A DNA stretch of 64,000 nucleotides, taken from NCBI GenBank assembly GCA_015069395.1, contig SVIR01000002.1:18005-82004 (forward strand), read 5' to 3'. Position numbers and translations under genes: made by a program. This DNA comes from Clostridiales bacterium (GTDB lineage: Bacteria; Bacillota; Clostridia; Christensenellales; UBA1242). Below the pieces are notes generated by a model. The model was given only the letters and a program-made list of their open reading frames with translations, searched no databases and was not told where the DNA came from. Within the stretch, counting starts at the first letter, position 1. Every line of letters starts with the position of its first letter. Shown here piece by piece: positions 36,181 to 45,008 of the stretch.

Positions 36181-38601
36181 ATGGCTTTAAACAACAATTT
36201 GTTTTCTGATAGCATTGAAAAAGTGATAAAAAACGCTAGCAAAATCGCTTTGCGATTTGGTAGCAATTTGGTTGGCACAGAACATATTTTGTATGGTCTT
36301 GTAAGTGTTAAAGAATGTACGGCTTCAAAAGTTTTAGCCGAATTGGGCGTGACAGAAAATGCTCTTTTCGAACTTTTTGAAGAGTCTTCGAGTGGAATAT
36401 CGCTTTTTGGCAATGTAGAACTCACACCAAGAACAAAAGAATTGTTTCAAATTGCTCAGCATATAGCAATGGATTTGAATCATTCTTTTATTGGAACGGA
36501 ACATCTTTTGTTGGCAATTTTATCCAGCAAAAGTTGTTATGCAACAAAGGTTTTAGAAAATGTTTTTGCTATAAATGTAGACGACTTGAAAGCAAAAATT
36601 TTGGCAACCCTGCAAGCTTCAAGAGAAAGAAAAAAAGTAGAAGACAGCCAATCTGGGAGTGAACTGCCAGAGAAATTGCTTGAAATGGGAAGTGATATAA
36701 CTTTAAAGGCGCGTCAGCATAAACTTGACCCAGTAATTGGTAGAGAAGAAGAGATTCAAAGAGTCATAGAAATTTTGTGTAGAAAAACGAAAAACAACCC
36801 AGTGCTTATAGGAGAAGCTGGGGTTGGAAAGACGGCTGTTGTTGAGGGGTTGGCTCAAGCGATTGCGAGTGGAGATGTGCCAGAAGAAATCAAAAACAAG
36901 AGCATTTTCTCTCTTGAAATTGGTGGGCTTATGGCCGGAACAAAATATCGTGGTCAAATGGAAGAGAAACTTAAAGATACTATTGAAACTATTATAGAAA
37001 ACGGCAATATTATCGTATTTATCGACGAAATTCATACATTGGCTCAAGCAGGAAGTGAAAAAGGAGAAACTAGCCCATCTGATATGTTGAAGCCTTATTT
37101 GGCCAGAGGAGAGTTGCAAACAATTGGTGCGACTACTACAGACGAATATCGCAAATATATTGAGAAAGACAAAGCTTTAGAAAGAAGGTTTCAACCTGTT
37201 ATGGTAAATCCTCCATCCGTAGAGCAGACGATACAAATTTTGAAGGGACTTAAGGATACCTACGAAGCTTTTCACAAAATAATAATTACAAATGAAGCGA
37301 TTGAAGCTGCTGCAAATTTGTCAGATAGATATATTACTGATAGAAGTTTGCCAGACAAAGCCATTGATCTTATTGACGAAGCTTGTTCTAAAGCAAAAGT
37401 TAATTTTACCTTAAAACCTCAAAAAGTTAGGGATTTAGAAGAGAAAATCAAGTCGTTATCTGCAAGTAGAGACGAAGCTTCGATTCAAAGAAATTATGAA
37501 AAGGCAGCAAAACTGCAATCAGAGATAATAAATCTCGAAAATGAGCTTAAGACTCACAATGATTCGATTGTAAAAAAGAGTGCCAGTGGGCAAATTGGCG
37601 AAAACGAGATTGCTGAAGTTGTGTCAAAGTGGACAGGAATTCCAGTGACGAAACTCACTGAAGGAGAGAAAGAAAAACTTATTCACTTCGAAGAAATCTT
37701 ACACAAGAGAGTTGTTGGTCAAGACGAAGCAATAAATGCTGTTTCAAAAGCTATAAGAAGGGCTAGAGTTGGTCTTCAAGATAGCAAACGTCCAATAGGT
37801 TCGTTTTTGTTTATGGGACCAACGGGAGTTGGAAAAACTGAGCTCTCAAAAGCAATTGCTGAAGCCCTTTTTGACAATGAAAACAATATTGTTAGAATTG
37901 ATATGAGTGAATATATGGAGAGTCATACGGTTTCAAAACTTATTGGTTCTCCTCCGGGATATGTGGGTTTTGACGAGGGTGGCCAACTTACAGAGCAAGT
38001 GAGAAGAAAGCCATATAGTGTCGTTTTGTTTGACGAGATAGAAAAAGCGCATCCAGAGATTTTGAACGCACTTTTGCAAATCTTGGACGATGGTAGACTA
38101 ACCGATGGCAAAGGCAGAACGGTAAGTTTTAAAAACACTGTTATAATAATGACCAGCAACATAGGGGCCAACGAAATCAGACAGCATAAACAACTTGGAT
38201 TTGGAAACGAGTCTGCTGATAAGGTTTCTGAAAAAGATGTTTATATGGACGCTTTGAAGAAAAAGTTTAAGCCAGAGCTTATAAACAGAATTGATGTTAT
38301 ATGCATATTTGAGAGTTTGTCTAAACAGCACTTAATCAAAATTTCAGATATTATGATTGCAAGCCTCAACAAAAGACTTGCTTCGAAAAATCTGTATTTA
38401 AAAATAGATCCAAAAGCGATTGATTATATAGTAGCAAAAGGATCAAATTTGATTTATGGTGCTAGACCACTTAAAAGATTTATTGAGCAAGAAATTGAAG
38501 ATCGAATTGCCGAAAAGATTTTGCTCGGACAACTTCCAAGTAGGGGAGTGATTGAAGTCGACCTTGAGGGAGATAAATTGATATTTAATTCAGTTGAATA
38601 A
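36181..38601 (+). CDS. clpC: ATP-dependent Clp protease ATPase ClpC
   Basis: Duplicated Clp_N repeats, two AAA+ modules (GEAGVGKTA and GPTGVGKTE) and a short UVR-like linker. Confidence 0.93.
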   Translation: MALNNNLFSDSIEKVIKNASKIALRFGSNLVGTEHILYGLVSVKECTASKVLAELGVTENALFELFEESSSGISLFGNVELTPRTKELFQIAQHIAMDLNHSFIGTEHLLLAILSSKSCYATKVLENVFAINVDDLKAKILATLQASRERKKVEDSQSGSELPEKLLEMGSDITLKARQHKLDPVIGREEEIQRVIEILCRKTKNNPVLIGEAGVGKTAVVEGLAQAIASGDVPEEIKNKSIFSLEIGGLMAGTKYRGQMEEKLKDTIETIIENGNIIVFIDEIHTLAQAGSEKGETSPSDMLKPYLARGELQTIGATTTDEYRKYIEKDKALERRFQPVMVNPPSVEQTIQILKGLKDTYEAFHKIIITNEAIEAAANLSDRYITDRSLPDKAIDLIDEACSKAKVNFTLKPQKVRDLEEKIKSLSASRDEASIQRNYEKAAKLQSEIINLENELKTHNDSIVKKSASGQIGENEIAEVVSKWTGIPVTKLTEGEKEKLIHFEEILHKRVVGQDEAINAVSKAIRRARVGLQDSKRPIGSFLFMGPTGVGKTELSKAIAEALFDNENNIVRIDMSEYMESHTVSKLIGSPPGYVGFDEGGQLTEQVRRKPYSVVLFDEIEKAHPEILNALLQILDDGRLTDGKGRTVSFKNTVIIMTSNIGANEIRQHKQLGFGNESADKVSEKDVYMDALKKKFKPELINRIDVICIFESLSKQHLIKISDIMIASLNKRLASKNLYLKIDPKAIDYIVAKGSNLIYGARPLKRFIEQEIEDRIAEKILLGQLPSRGVIEVDLEGDKLIFNSVE

Positions 38602-38666
38602 TAAAAATCGTTTGGAATATTATACCTTTTTTGATAAAATGATTATGTAACAAATAGGAGGGAATT

Positions 38667-39188
38667 ATGAAAATTACATTTGTTGAAAAAAAATATGCAA
38701 TAGGAAATCGCTTTAAAGATGTTATTTCTGAAAAATTGGAAAAGTTACAAAAATATTTTGGTGAAGACGCTTCAGCAAGGGTTGTTTGTTCAAAACAAAA
38801 CAACATTGAAAAGTTGGAAGTAAATGTTACAAACAAAGGTCTTTTATATAGAGCAGAAGTTTCAAGTGACAATATGTATGACAACATTGACCTCGCATTG
38901 CCAAAGATTGAAAAGCAAATTGTAAGAAATAGAGAAAAAACGACACAAAGCAAAAGGGTTGCCAAGCCTACATTTGAATTTTTGGAAGAAATGCCAGAAG
39001 TAAAATTGCCAGAGGTTTACAAGAGAAAAGTGTTTGATTTGGAACCAACATTGCTTGAAGATGCAAAAGACGCCATTGAGCGTTTGGGACACTCTTTTTA
39101 TGTATTTCTTAATGCGGAAACAGGAAAAGTAAATATTCTTTATAGAAGAAACGATCAAAAATATGGTTTGATTGAAGTAAATTATTAA
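38667..39188 (+). CDS. hpf: Ribosome hibernation promoting factor, long form
   Basis: An N-terminal S30AE-type domain and a C-terminal dimerisation domain (HSFYVFLNAETGKVNILYRR). Confidence 0.88.
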   Translation: MKITFVEKKYAIGNRFKDVISEKLEKLQKYFGEDASARVVCSKQNNIEKLEVNVTNKGLLYRAEVSSDNMYDNIDLALPKIEKQIVRNREKTTQSKRVAKPTFEFLEEMPEVKLPEVYKRKVFDLEPTLLEDAKDAIERLGHSFYVFLNAETGKVNILYRRNDQKYGLIEVNY

Positions 39189-39231
39189 TTTTAAATAAAT
39201 AATTTATAAAGAAAACAAGCATAATAACAAT

Positions 39232-39750
39232 ATGAAAAAGTTTATTCTTATTGTTTGGTGTGTTTGTTTTTCTTTTTTGTTGGTAGGTTGCAGTGGAGAG
39301 ACAAAAATTATGTCTGCTCATTTGTCAGATTCTACTGGAGCTTTGAGTACAAAATATGCAGTAAAACTTGTTTTGGACAAAGACGATAGGGTTAATGACA
39401 AATATGTAGATGTGCAAGTGCGTTCAAGCAAAGACGAACAAATTCTAAATTTTGGTGTAGAAGCCGGCGATCAATATTCGATATATTTGCCTAAAAAAGA
39501 TTTTTGGTACAATTTGACATATTTGATTAGCAAAACCAATGGGACCTCTGTTGAGGCAGGATATCAAAAATATGAAGATTATGGAAACAAAATCTTTAAC
39601 TTTTGTGCCGATAATGATGTGGATTTAACTTTTAGAGTAGTTGCAGGGCAAGTTAAAGTCAATGAAAAAACGCAAGAAGAAATCTTGGTTTTGAGCGAAG
39701 GAATATCGAAAGAATTGAAAATAGAAGTAAAAAAATGTGAAGAAAAATAA
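39232..39750 (+). CDS. Lipoprotein, function unknown
   Basis: Lipobox LLVGCSG. The upstream geometry is CATAAT-N6-ATG with no SD. Confidence 0.5.
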   Translation: MKKFILIVWCVCFSFLLVGCSGETKIMSAHLSDSTGALSTKYAVKLVLDKDDRVNDKYVDVQVRSSKDEQILNFGVEAGDQYSIYLPKKDFWYNLTYLISKTNGTSVEAGYQKYEDYGNKIFNFCADNDVDLTFRVVAGQVKVNEKTQEEILVLSEGISKELKIEVKKCEEK

Positions 39751-39817
39751 CTTTTCTCACAATTTTACTTTTATTTTTTTTTGAGATATAGTATCATATA
39801 GACATAGGAGCAAAACT

Positions 39818-40459
39818 ATGTTGTCTATTAAAAACCTAAATTTAAAATATACAAAAGAATTCTATGCCCTTCAAGATATAAATATAGACGTTGAGGCTGG
39901 TGAAAGCGTGGCATTTATTGGAGAAGAAAACAGTGGAAAAACGTCTCTTTTGAGGGTAATCGTAAAGCTTGAAGATTTTGATAGTGGCGAAATTTATATA
40001 AACAAAATTCCTCTTAAAAAAGTTGATTTTAAAACTGATTTAAGTGTCGGTTATGTTCCATATTGCCCTGTTTTTTTAGAAAATAAGACCGTTTATGAAA
40101 ACTTTAAATATATTTTGCACAAGAAGGGTGTAAAGCCTGCAGAAGCCGAAAAAATGATAAACAATGCAATCATTGATTTTTCTCTTGAAAAAATTAGAGA
40201 TGAAAAGATTAAGAATATTAGGATTGAAGATAAGTATATTCTTTCGCTTATTAGATTGTCCTTTAGACAACTTGATTTGTTGTTGGTAGACAATATCTTT
40301 GACCAAATTTCAGATGTTTACATTGATGCTATTTTGAGCTTGATAAAAAAACTAAAAACTTCTAATACAACCTTAATCTTGGCTTGCACTAGACCTGAAA
40401 TAGCAGAAAAAATCTGCAAAAAACACATTTATTTCGACCATGGAAAATTGGTTGAATAA
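39818..40459 (+). CDS. ABC-type ATPase-like protein with degenerate catalytic motifs, no adjacent permease
   Basis: Walker A GEENSGKTS is present. There is no LSGGQ signature, Walker B reads LLLVDN, and the H-loop position reads ACTRPE. Confidence 0.6.
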   Translation: MLSIKNLNLKYTKEFYALQDINIDVEAGESVAFIGEENSGKTSLLRVIVKLEDFDSGEIYINKIPLKKVDFKTDLSVGYVPYCPVFLENKTVYENFKYILHKKGVKPAEAEKMINNAIIDFSLEKIRDEKIKNIRIEDKYILSLIRLSFRQLDLLLVDNIFDQISDVYIDAILSLIKKLKTSNTTLILACTRPEIAEKICKKHIYFDHGKLVE

Positions 40460-40768
40460 TCAAAGTTCTTCGATTTCAATATCAACACTCTCATTGGAGG
40501 GTGTTTTTTTTGTCATTAGGTTTGATAATGTTTCCATCATTTGTTGTGGTTGAGCAGATCCTAGATTCGAAAAAAGATTTGGCATATTTCCTTTAAACAA
40601 AAAAGAAGACAAAATGCTTGAAATGTCCAAATTTCCAGAAAGTAGTCCCATAAGATTGTTTGGCATAAAGTTGGTCTGAGAGTGTTGTTGTTTTTGATTG
40701 TTTTCGGGATTAGTATTATCAAAATTAAGATCTTGAGGATAAAAACTTGAATTTTTAAAATTTTCCAT
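40460..40768 (-). CDS. Hypothetical 102-aa Asn/Gln/Ser-rich protein
   Basis: The ORF abuts the ABC gene's stop with zero spacer. It is low-complexity and has no clear SD. Confidence 0.3.
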   Translation of the reverse strand: MENFKNSSFYPQDLNFDNTNPENNQKQQHSQTNFMPNNLMGLLSGNLDISSILSSFLFKGNMPNLFSNLGSAQPQQMMETLSNLMTKKTPSNESVDIEIEEL

Positions 40769-40846
40769 AATATTTTATATGAATGAAATATGGTTAAGTT
40801 GTAAATTCTGCACAAATTTTTCATATATTGATTTTAGGAGAATTCT

Positions 40847-41101
40847 ATGAAATTAAGCGAGATGTCACAAAATCAAACAAAAACATCAACAAGAGAAAAG
40901 GATATAAAACAGAGCTATGAAGAACTTAAAAACTGCTCCTCAAACGAACTTATGGATAGGCTTTCTAATCAAATAAGAGAGCAAAAGGTAAGCGGAAAAT
41001 TTGATTATAATGGCTTGCAGTCTTCAGTTGAACAACTTAAAAATTATCTTCCAAAACAAACCTATGAGAATATGTTGAGAATATTGGAAAGTTTTAAATG
41101 A
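40847..41101 (+). CDS. Hypothetical 84-aa helical protein coupled to the S8 protease gene
   Basis: AGGAG lies upstream. It shares an ATGA stop/start overlap with the next gene. Confidence 0.45.
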   Translation: MKLSEMSQNQTKTSTREKDIKQSYEELKNCSSNELMDRLSNQIREQKVSGKFDYNGLQSSVEQLKNYLPKQTYENMLRILESFK

Positions 41102-42246
41102 ACGAAAATAAGATTGATGCAAGGCTTTTAAATCAAATTCAAATATTAAATTTCAATAGAAAAGCGCCTTGCTTTGTTTACGGAAGAAATTTTTATGAAA
41201 CAAAAGCAGTTTTAGAAAGAAATTCAATACAAATTTGCAATGAATATTTATTCATAAATTCTTTTTATTGCAAGGCATCACAAAAAGAAATTTTTGCCCT
41301 TTCAAATCTTTGTGAAATTGACTATATTTTTTCGATAGCAACTGCAAGCTGTATGATGTTTGTCTCTAAAAAGATATTGAATACAGAATCTTTGAGTTTT
41401 TATGGAGAGGGTGTGGGGATAGCTTTTATTGATACAGGGCTTGCGCCTCATTGTGATTTTATGGTCGGAAAAAATCGAATTTGTTTGTTTAAAGATTTTG
41501 TAGCCGACAAGACATCGTTGTATGACGACAACGGGCATGGAACTTTTGTTTGTGGAGTGTGCTCTGGAAATGGGGCTTTGTCAAAATTTAAGTATTCTGG
41601 AACCGCCCCTAAGTCAAATATATTTTCATTGAAAGCCTTAAATGAGAGTGGGGAGGCTAGCGCAAATAAGATTTTAGACGCAATGGAATGGGTTTACGAC
41701 AATCACAAAAAACAAGGAATCGATGTCGTTTGTATGAGTTTTGGGAGTGAGCCTTTGGGTGCAAACGATCCAATTATGATTGGCGCAGACTCTCTTTGGA
41801 AAGATGGTGTTGTGGTTGTAGCTGCCGCTGGAAATAGTGGTCCAGAATATCAAACCATCAAGTCCCCAGGTATAAGTTCAAAAATAATTACAGTTGGAGG
41901 AATAGACGACAATCGCTATGACGATATGTCCTTCGATAAAAACTTTTTTGAGATGGCTAAATTTTCTTCGCGCGGCCCAGCTTTTAGAAAAACAAAGCCT
42001 GACGTTGTGGCCCCAAGTGTAGATATTGTTTCTTGTGGAATTAAACAAAATTATACGAAACTGAGTGGAACTTCAGTTGCAACTCCAATGATAGCTGGCC
42101 TTTCAGCTTTGTTGTTAGAAAAATATAAAGGTGCAACCCCAACAGAGATAAAAAATATTTTGTTAAAAATATCTCAACCCCTTGGCTTTGAAATGAATTA
42201 TGAAGGCTATGGTTTGCCAAATTTAAAAAATTTAAAAATAAATTAA
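41098..42246 (+). CDS. Subtilisin-family (S8) serine protease, AprX-like, no signal peptide
   Basis: Catalytic triad AFIDTGL (Asp), HGTFVCG (His) and SGTSVATPMIAG (Ser), the oxyanion motif AAGNSGP, and an N-terminal pro-like region of about 100 aa. Confidence 0.85.
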   Translation: MNENKIDARLLNQIQILNFNRKAPCFVYGRNFYETKAVLERNSIQICNEYLFINSFYCKASQKEIFALSNLCEIDYIFSIATASCMMFVSKKILNTESLSFYGEGVGIAFIDTGLAPHCDFMVGKNRICLFKDFVADKTSLYDDNGHGTFVCGVCSGNGALSKFKYSGTAPKSNIFSLKALNESGEASANKILDAMEWVYDNHKKQGIDVVCMSFGSEPLGANDPIMIGADSLWKDGVVVVAAAGNSGPEYQTIKSPGISSKIITVGGIDDNRYDDMSFDKNFFEMAKFSSRGPAFRKTKPDVVAPSVDIVSCGIKQNYTKLSGTSVATPMIAGLSALLLEKYKGATPTEIKNILLKISQPLGFEMNYEGYGLPNLKNLKIN

Positions 42247-42300
42247 AATTGGTGTATTTATTAAAGAAAAATATAAAAATATTTGTTTTTTATTAAAATT

Positions 42301-43338
42301 TTAGTTTTTTATATATTTATAAAGAATTTCAAGAATGTTATCAACTGCATTGTTTTTTGCAGTTTTTTTCATATTTTGTATAATATTTTGTTTGTTTTTT
42401 GATATTTTTTCTATTTTATTGAAAAAAAATTCAAAACCAAATTCTTCTTCTTCAATCATTTCTGCATAGCCTAACTTTTCAAAAAGTTTGGCGTTTTCGA
42501 TTTGGTCTCCACGAGAACATTTTTTTGAAAGAGGGATTAGCAACATTGGTTTTTGCAAAGAAAGAAGTTCGTTTATTACACCACTGCCAGCTCTGGCAAC
42601 AACTAAGTCTGCGCTTGCATAAAAATCTTCGATGTTTTCTGCGTATGCCACACATTTATAATTTTTGTGTTTTACATCTTTAAAGTTTTTCTTTCCGGTG
42701 ATGTGCAAAAGATTATAATTTTTGGTCAAAGAGTCTAAATTGTCAAAAATGATATCATTTAAGAATTTTGCGCCAAGGCTTCCACCTAAAATTAATATAG
42801 TTGGTTTGCTTTTATCAAAGTCAAGATCTAATTTTTTGCCCATAAAAATTTTTTGTCTAATCGGTTGACCGGTATAAACACATTTTGAATTTGTCGAGGC
42901 TGTTTGTTTGAAACTGGTGCACATAGTGTCACAATATTTTAATATGATTTTATTAGCCAAGCCCATACTTAAATCGCTTTCATGGCTAATGGTTGGAACC
43001 TTAGTTTTTTTTCCGGCAATTACAACCGGAACGGAAACAAATCCTCCTTTTGAGAATATTAAGGAAGGAGAGACTTCTTTCAAAATTTTTTTTGATTCTT
43101 TTATTGATTTTAAAAGTTTGAATGGGATTAACAAGTTTTTTAATGTAAGTTTACGTTCTAATTTGACTGTCGATATTTCGTGGAATTTTATATTTGGATG
43201 TTGGTCTAAGATTTCTTTCTCCAAACCATTTCCTCCGATGTAATGCAACTCAAAGTCCTTAAGTTTTTCAGCAACGGCCAAGGCTGGATAAATGTGTCCT
43301 GCTGTGCCTCCTCCAGTAAAAACGATCTTTTTTTTCAT
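42301..43338 (-). CDS. murG: UDP-GlcNAc:lipid I N-acetylglucosaminyltransferase MurG
   Basis: Motifs FTGGGTAGHIYPALAV and ARAGSGVINELL. The start is ATG 43338, behind GGAG. Confidence 0.88.
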   Translation of the reverse strand: MKKKIVFTGGGTAGHIYPALAVAEKLKDFELHYIGGNGLEKEILDQHPNIKFHEISTVKLERKLTLKNLLIPFKLLKSIKESKKILKEVSPSLIFSKGGFVSVPVVIAGKKTKVPTISHESDLSMGLANKIILKYCDTMCTSFKQTASTNSKCVYTGQPIRQKIFMGKKLDLDFDKSKPTILILGGSLGAKFLNDIIFDNLDSLTKNYNLLHITGKKNFKDVKHKNYKCVAYAENIEDFYASADLVVARAGSGVINELLSLQKPMLLIPLSKKCSRGDQIENAKLFEKLGYAEMIEEEEFGFEFFFNKIEKISKNKQNIIQNMKKTAKNNAVDNILEILYKYIKN

Positions 43339-43494
43339 AAATATGCTCCAAAAATGACAAAAATTCGACTTTTTTTGATATTTTATGTCATTTTTTTGAT
43401 AAAAATAACTTTTTTTAGAAAAAAATAGAAAAATGTTTGACACCAAAAATTGATTTATGATATCATAGCCTCGCTCTGCGCTCAGGAGGGAGTT

Positions 43495-44853
43495 TTGAAT
43501 TTTTTCAAAAAAATTATGTTAGTTATGATATTTTTGATGTTGGGAATGGGTGTCGTTGTGATAGCCGAATGCTTTATTCCAATGGCTATTGGAAGTGAAA
43601 ATCCCGACAGTGAAACTGTATTTGGAATCAATGAGATTTCTTTGGCTAAGAATGATTTTTCGGTCAACGAACCTTTGTCGGTTGAAGGGTCAAAGCTTTC
43701 TGTTGATGTGGGAGAAGGTTCTACAAAAATAGTGCCACTGCAACAATCATATGTTCTAAATTTTTCTACAAATGAAGTTGGGCAATATAAAATGATTGTC
43801 TCTTATGAAGGTTTTTCTGAAACAGTAGACTATTCGGTTGGTTACAAAACAGTTGACTTTGGCAATCAAGTTTTTGATTTTGAATTGAATCAAACCCTTG
43901 GAAAAGATCTCAAAATTTATTGTTACGACCATTTCGACAAAGTTGTTTTTGTGGATACTTTTGAAAATGTAGAGATTTTAGATTTTGACACTTCGTCTTT
44001 GACAGAAAAAAGAACGGCCGTTGTTTCTTATCGGGGACAAGAACTTTATTTTGATTATTCGGTAGGTTATTTTTCTTCAGTTTCAAATTATGTTGGAACT
44101 TCAGCCGAAGTTGAAGACTGTGTCTATGAAGTGTTGGAATTTGTTCCTGATACAAAAACGACATTAAAGGTAGCAAAAAAGATTGCTTCTTTGAATGTTG
44201 TTGAAAAGGTTTATGAATTTTCATTAACCAGGGTTGATGCTTTGAATTATTCTATGTTCTTATCAGGAAATGCTGTTGCAAAAATAGAATATCAAAAGTT
44301 GACATTAATGAAAGGGGTTATCGGCAATTTACGTGCTATAGAAATTCCAATAAATGTTGGAAAAGCAAAAGTTGTTGATGTTCCGACAATCAAATCAATC
44401 TTGACCGTTGAGGGTTTTTCTGATAATTTTGTTTTAAATCAAGAAGCAAACGTGCAAAGCGTTGAGTTGGTTTTGATTTTAAGTAATTTGTCGCTCATAA
44501 AGGTTTGTGCTGAAAATGTTGAAAATTTTTCTACAGACAAAGTTGGAACTTTTACAGCAAAGTTTGATTTCTATAGCTTTTCATATTACAAAACATATTC
44601 TGTTGTTTACAAATATATTGAAATTCTTGGAGCAAACAAGGTTTTCCAATTTAAACAATTTAGTGACGACATATTTGAATTGATATTGGTTTGTTATGAT
44701 GTAAATGACACGCCTATTGCAATCAAAAATGTTGGAGATAGTGATGTGTCTGTACAAAATTTTGATTCGTCTATCGCTTCAAATGGAGAAGTTAAAACTG
44801 CGATCGTAGTTTCAAATGGTGCGACTTGTTTTATCAATTATGTTATCGTTTGA
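43495..44853 (+). CDS. Secreted or anchored protein with repeated Ig-like modules
   Basis: A TTG start at 43495 lies 5 nt after AGGAGG and gives MNFFKKIMLVMIFLMLGMGVVVIA. Module ends recur: YKMIVSYEGFSETVDYSVGY, RTAVVSYRGQELYFDYSVGY, FTAKFDFYSFSYYKTYSVVY and KTAIVVSNGATCFINYVIV. Confidence 0.5.
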   Translation: MNFFKKIMLVMIFLMLGMGVVVIAECFIPMAIGSENPDSETVFGINEISLAKNDFSVNEPLSVEGSKLSVDVGEGSTKIVPLQQSYVLNFSTNEVGQYKMIVSYEGFSETVDYSVGYKTVDFGNQVFDFELNQTLGKDLKIYCYDHFDKVVFVDTFENVEILDFDTSSLTEKRTAVVSYRGQELYFDYSVGYFSSVSNYVGTSAEVEDCVYEVLEFVPDTKTTLKVAKKIASLNVVEKVYEFSLTRVDALNYSMFLSGNAVAKIEYQKLTLMKGVIGNLRAIEIPINVGKAKVVDVPTIKSILTVEGFSDNFVLNQEANVQSVELVLILSNLSLIKVCAENVENFSTDKVGTFTAKFDFYSFSYYKTYSVVYKYIEILGANKVFQFKQFSDDIFELILVCYDVNDTPIAIKNVGDSDVSVQNFDSSIASNGEVKTAIVVSNGATCFINYVIV

Positions 44854-45008
44854 TTATGAATAAAAATACAGATAATTAAATATTTATACAATTCAAGAGT
44901 TTGCAAATCAGAACGTTTTGTGTAAAACTCGAAAAATTGTATAAATTATTTTTTTAATTTGGGCTTTTGTGCTATACTATTTAAAGATGTAAACAAATTG
45001 GAGAAATT

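Noticed and set aside
39232-42246. Lantibiotic/RiPP-like cluster (S8 protease, ABC ATPase, small ORFs)
   Set aside because: There is no LanB/C/M, radical-SAM, YcaO or other modification enzyme. There is no permease and no Cys/Ser/Thr-rich precursor core. The protease looks like an intracellular AprX type.
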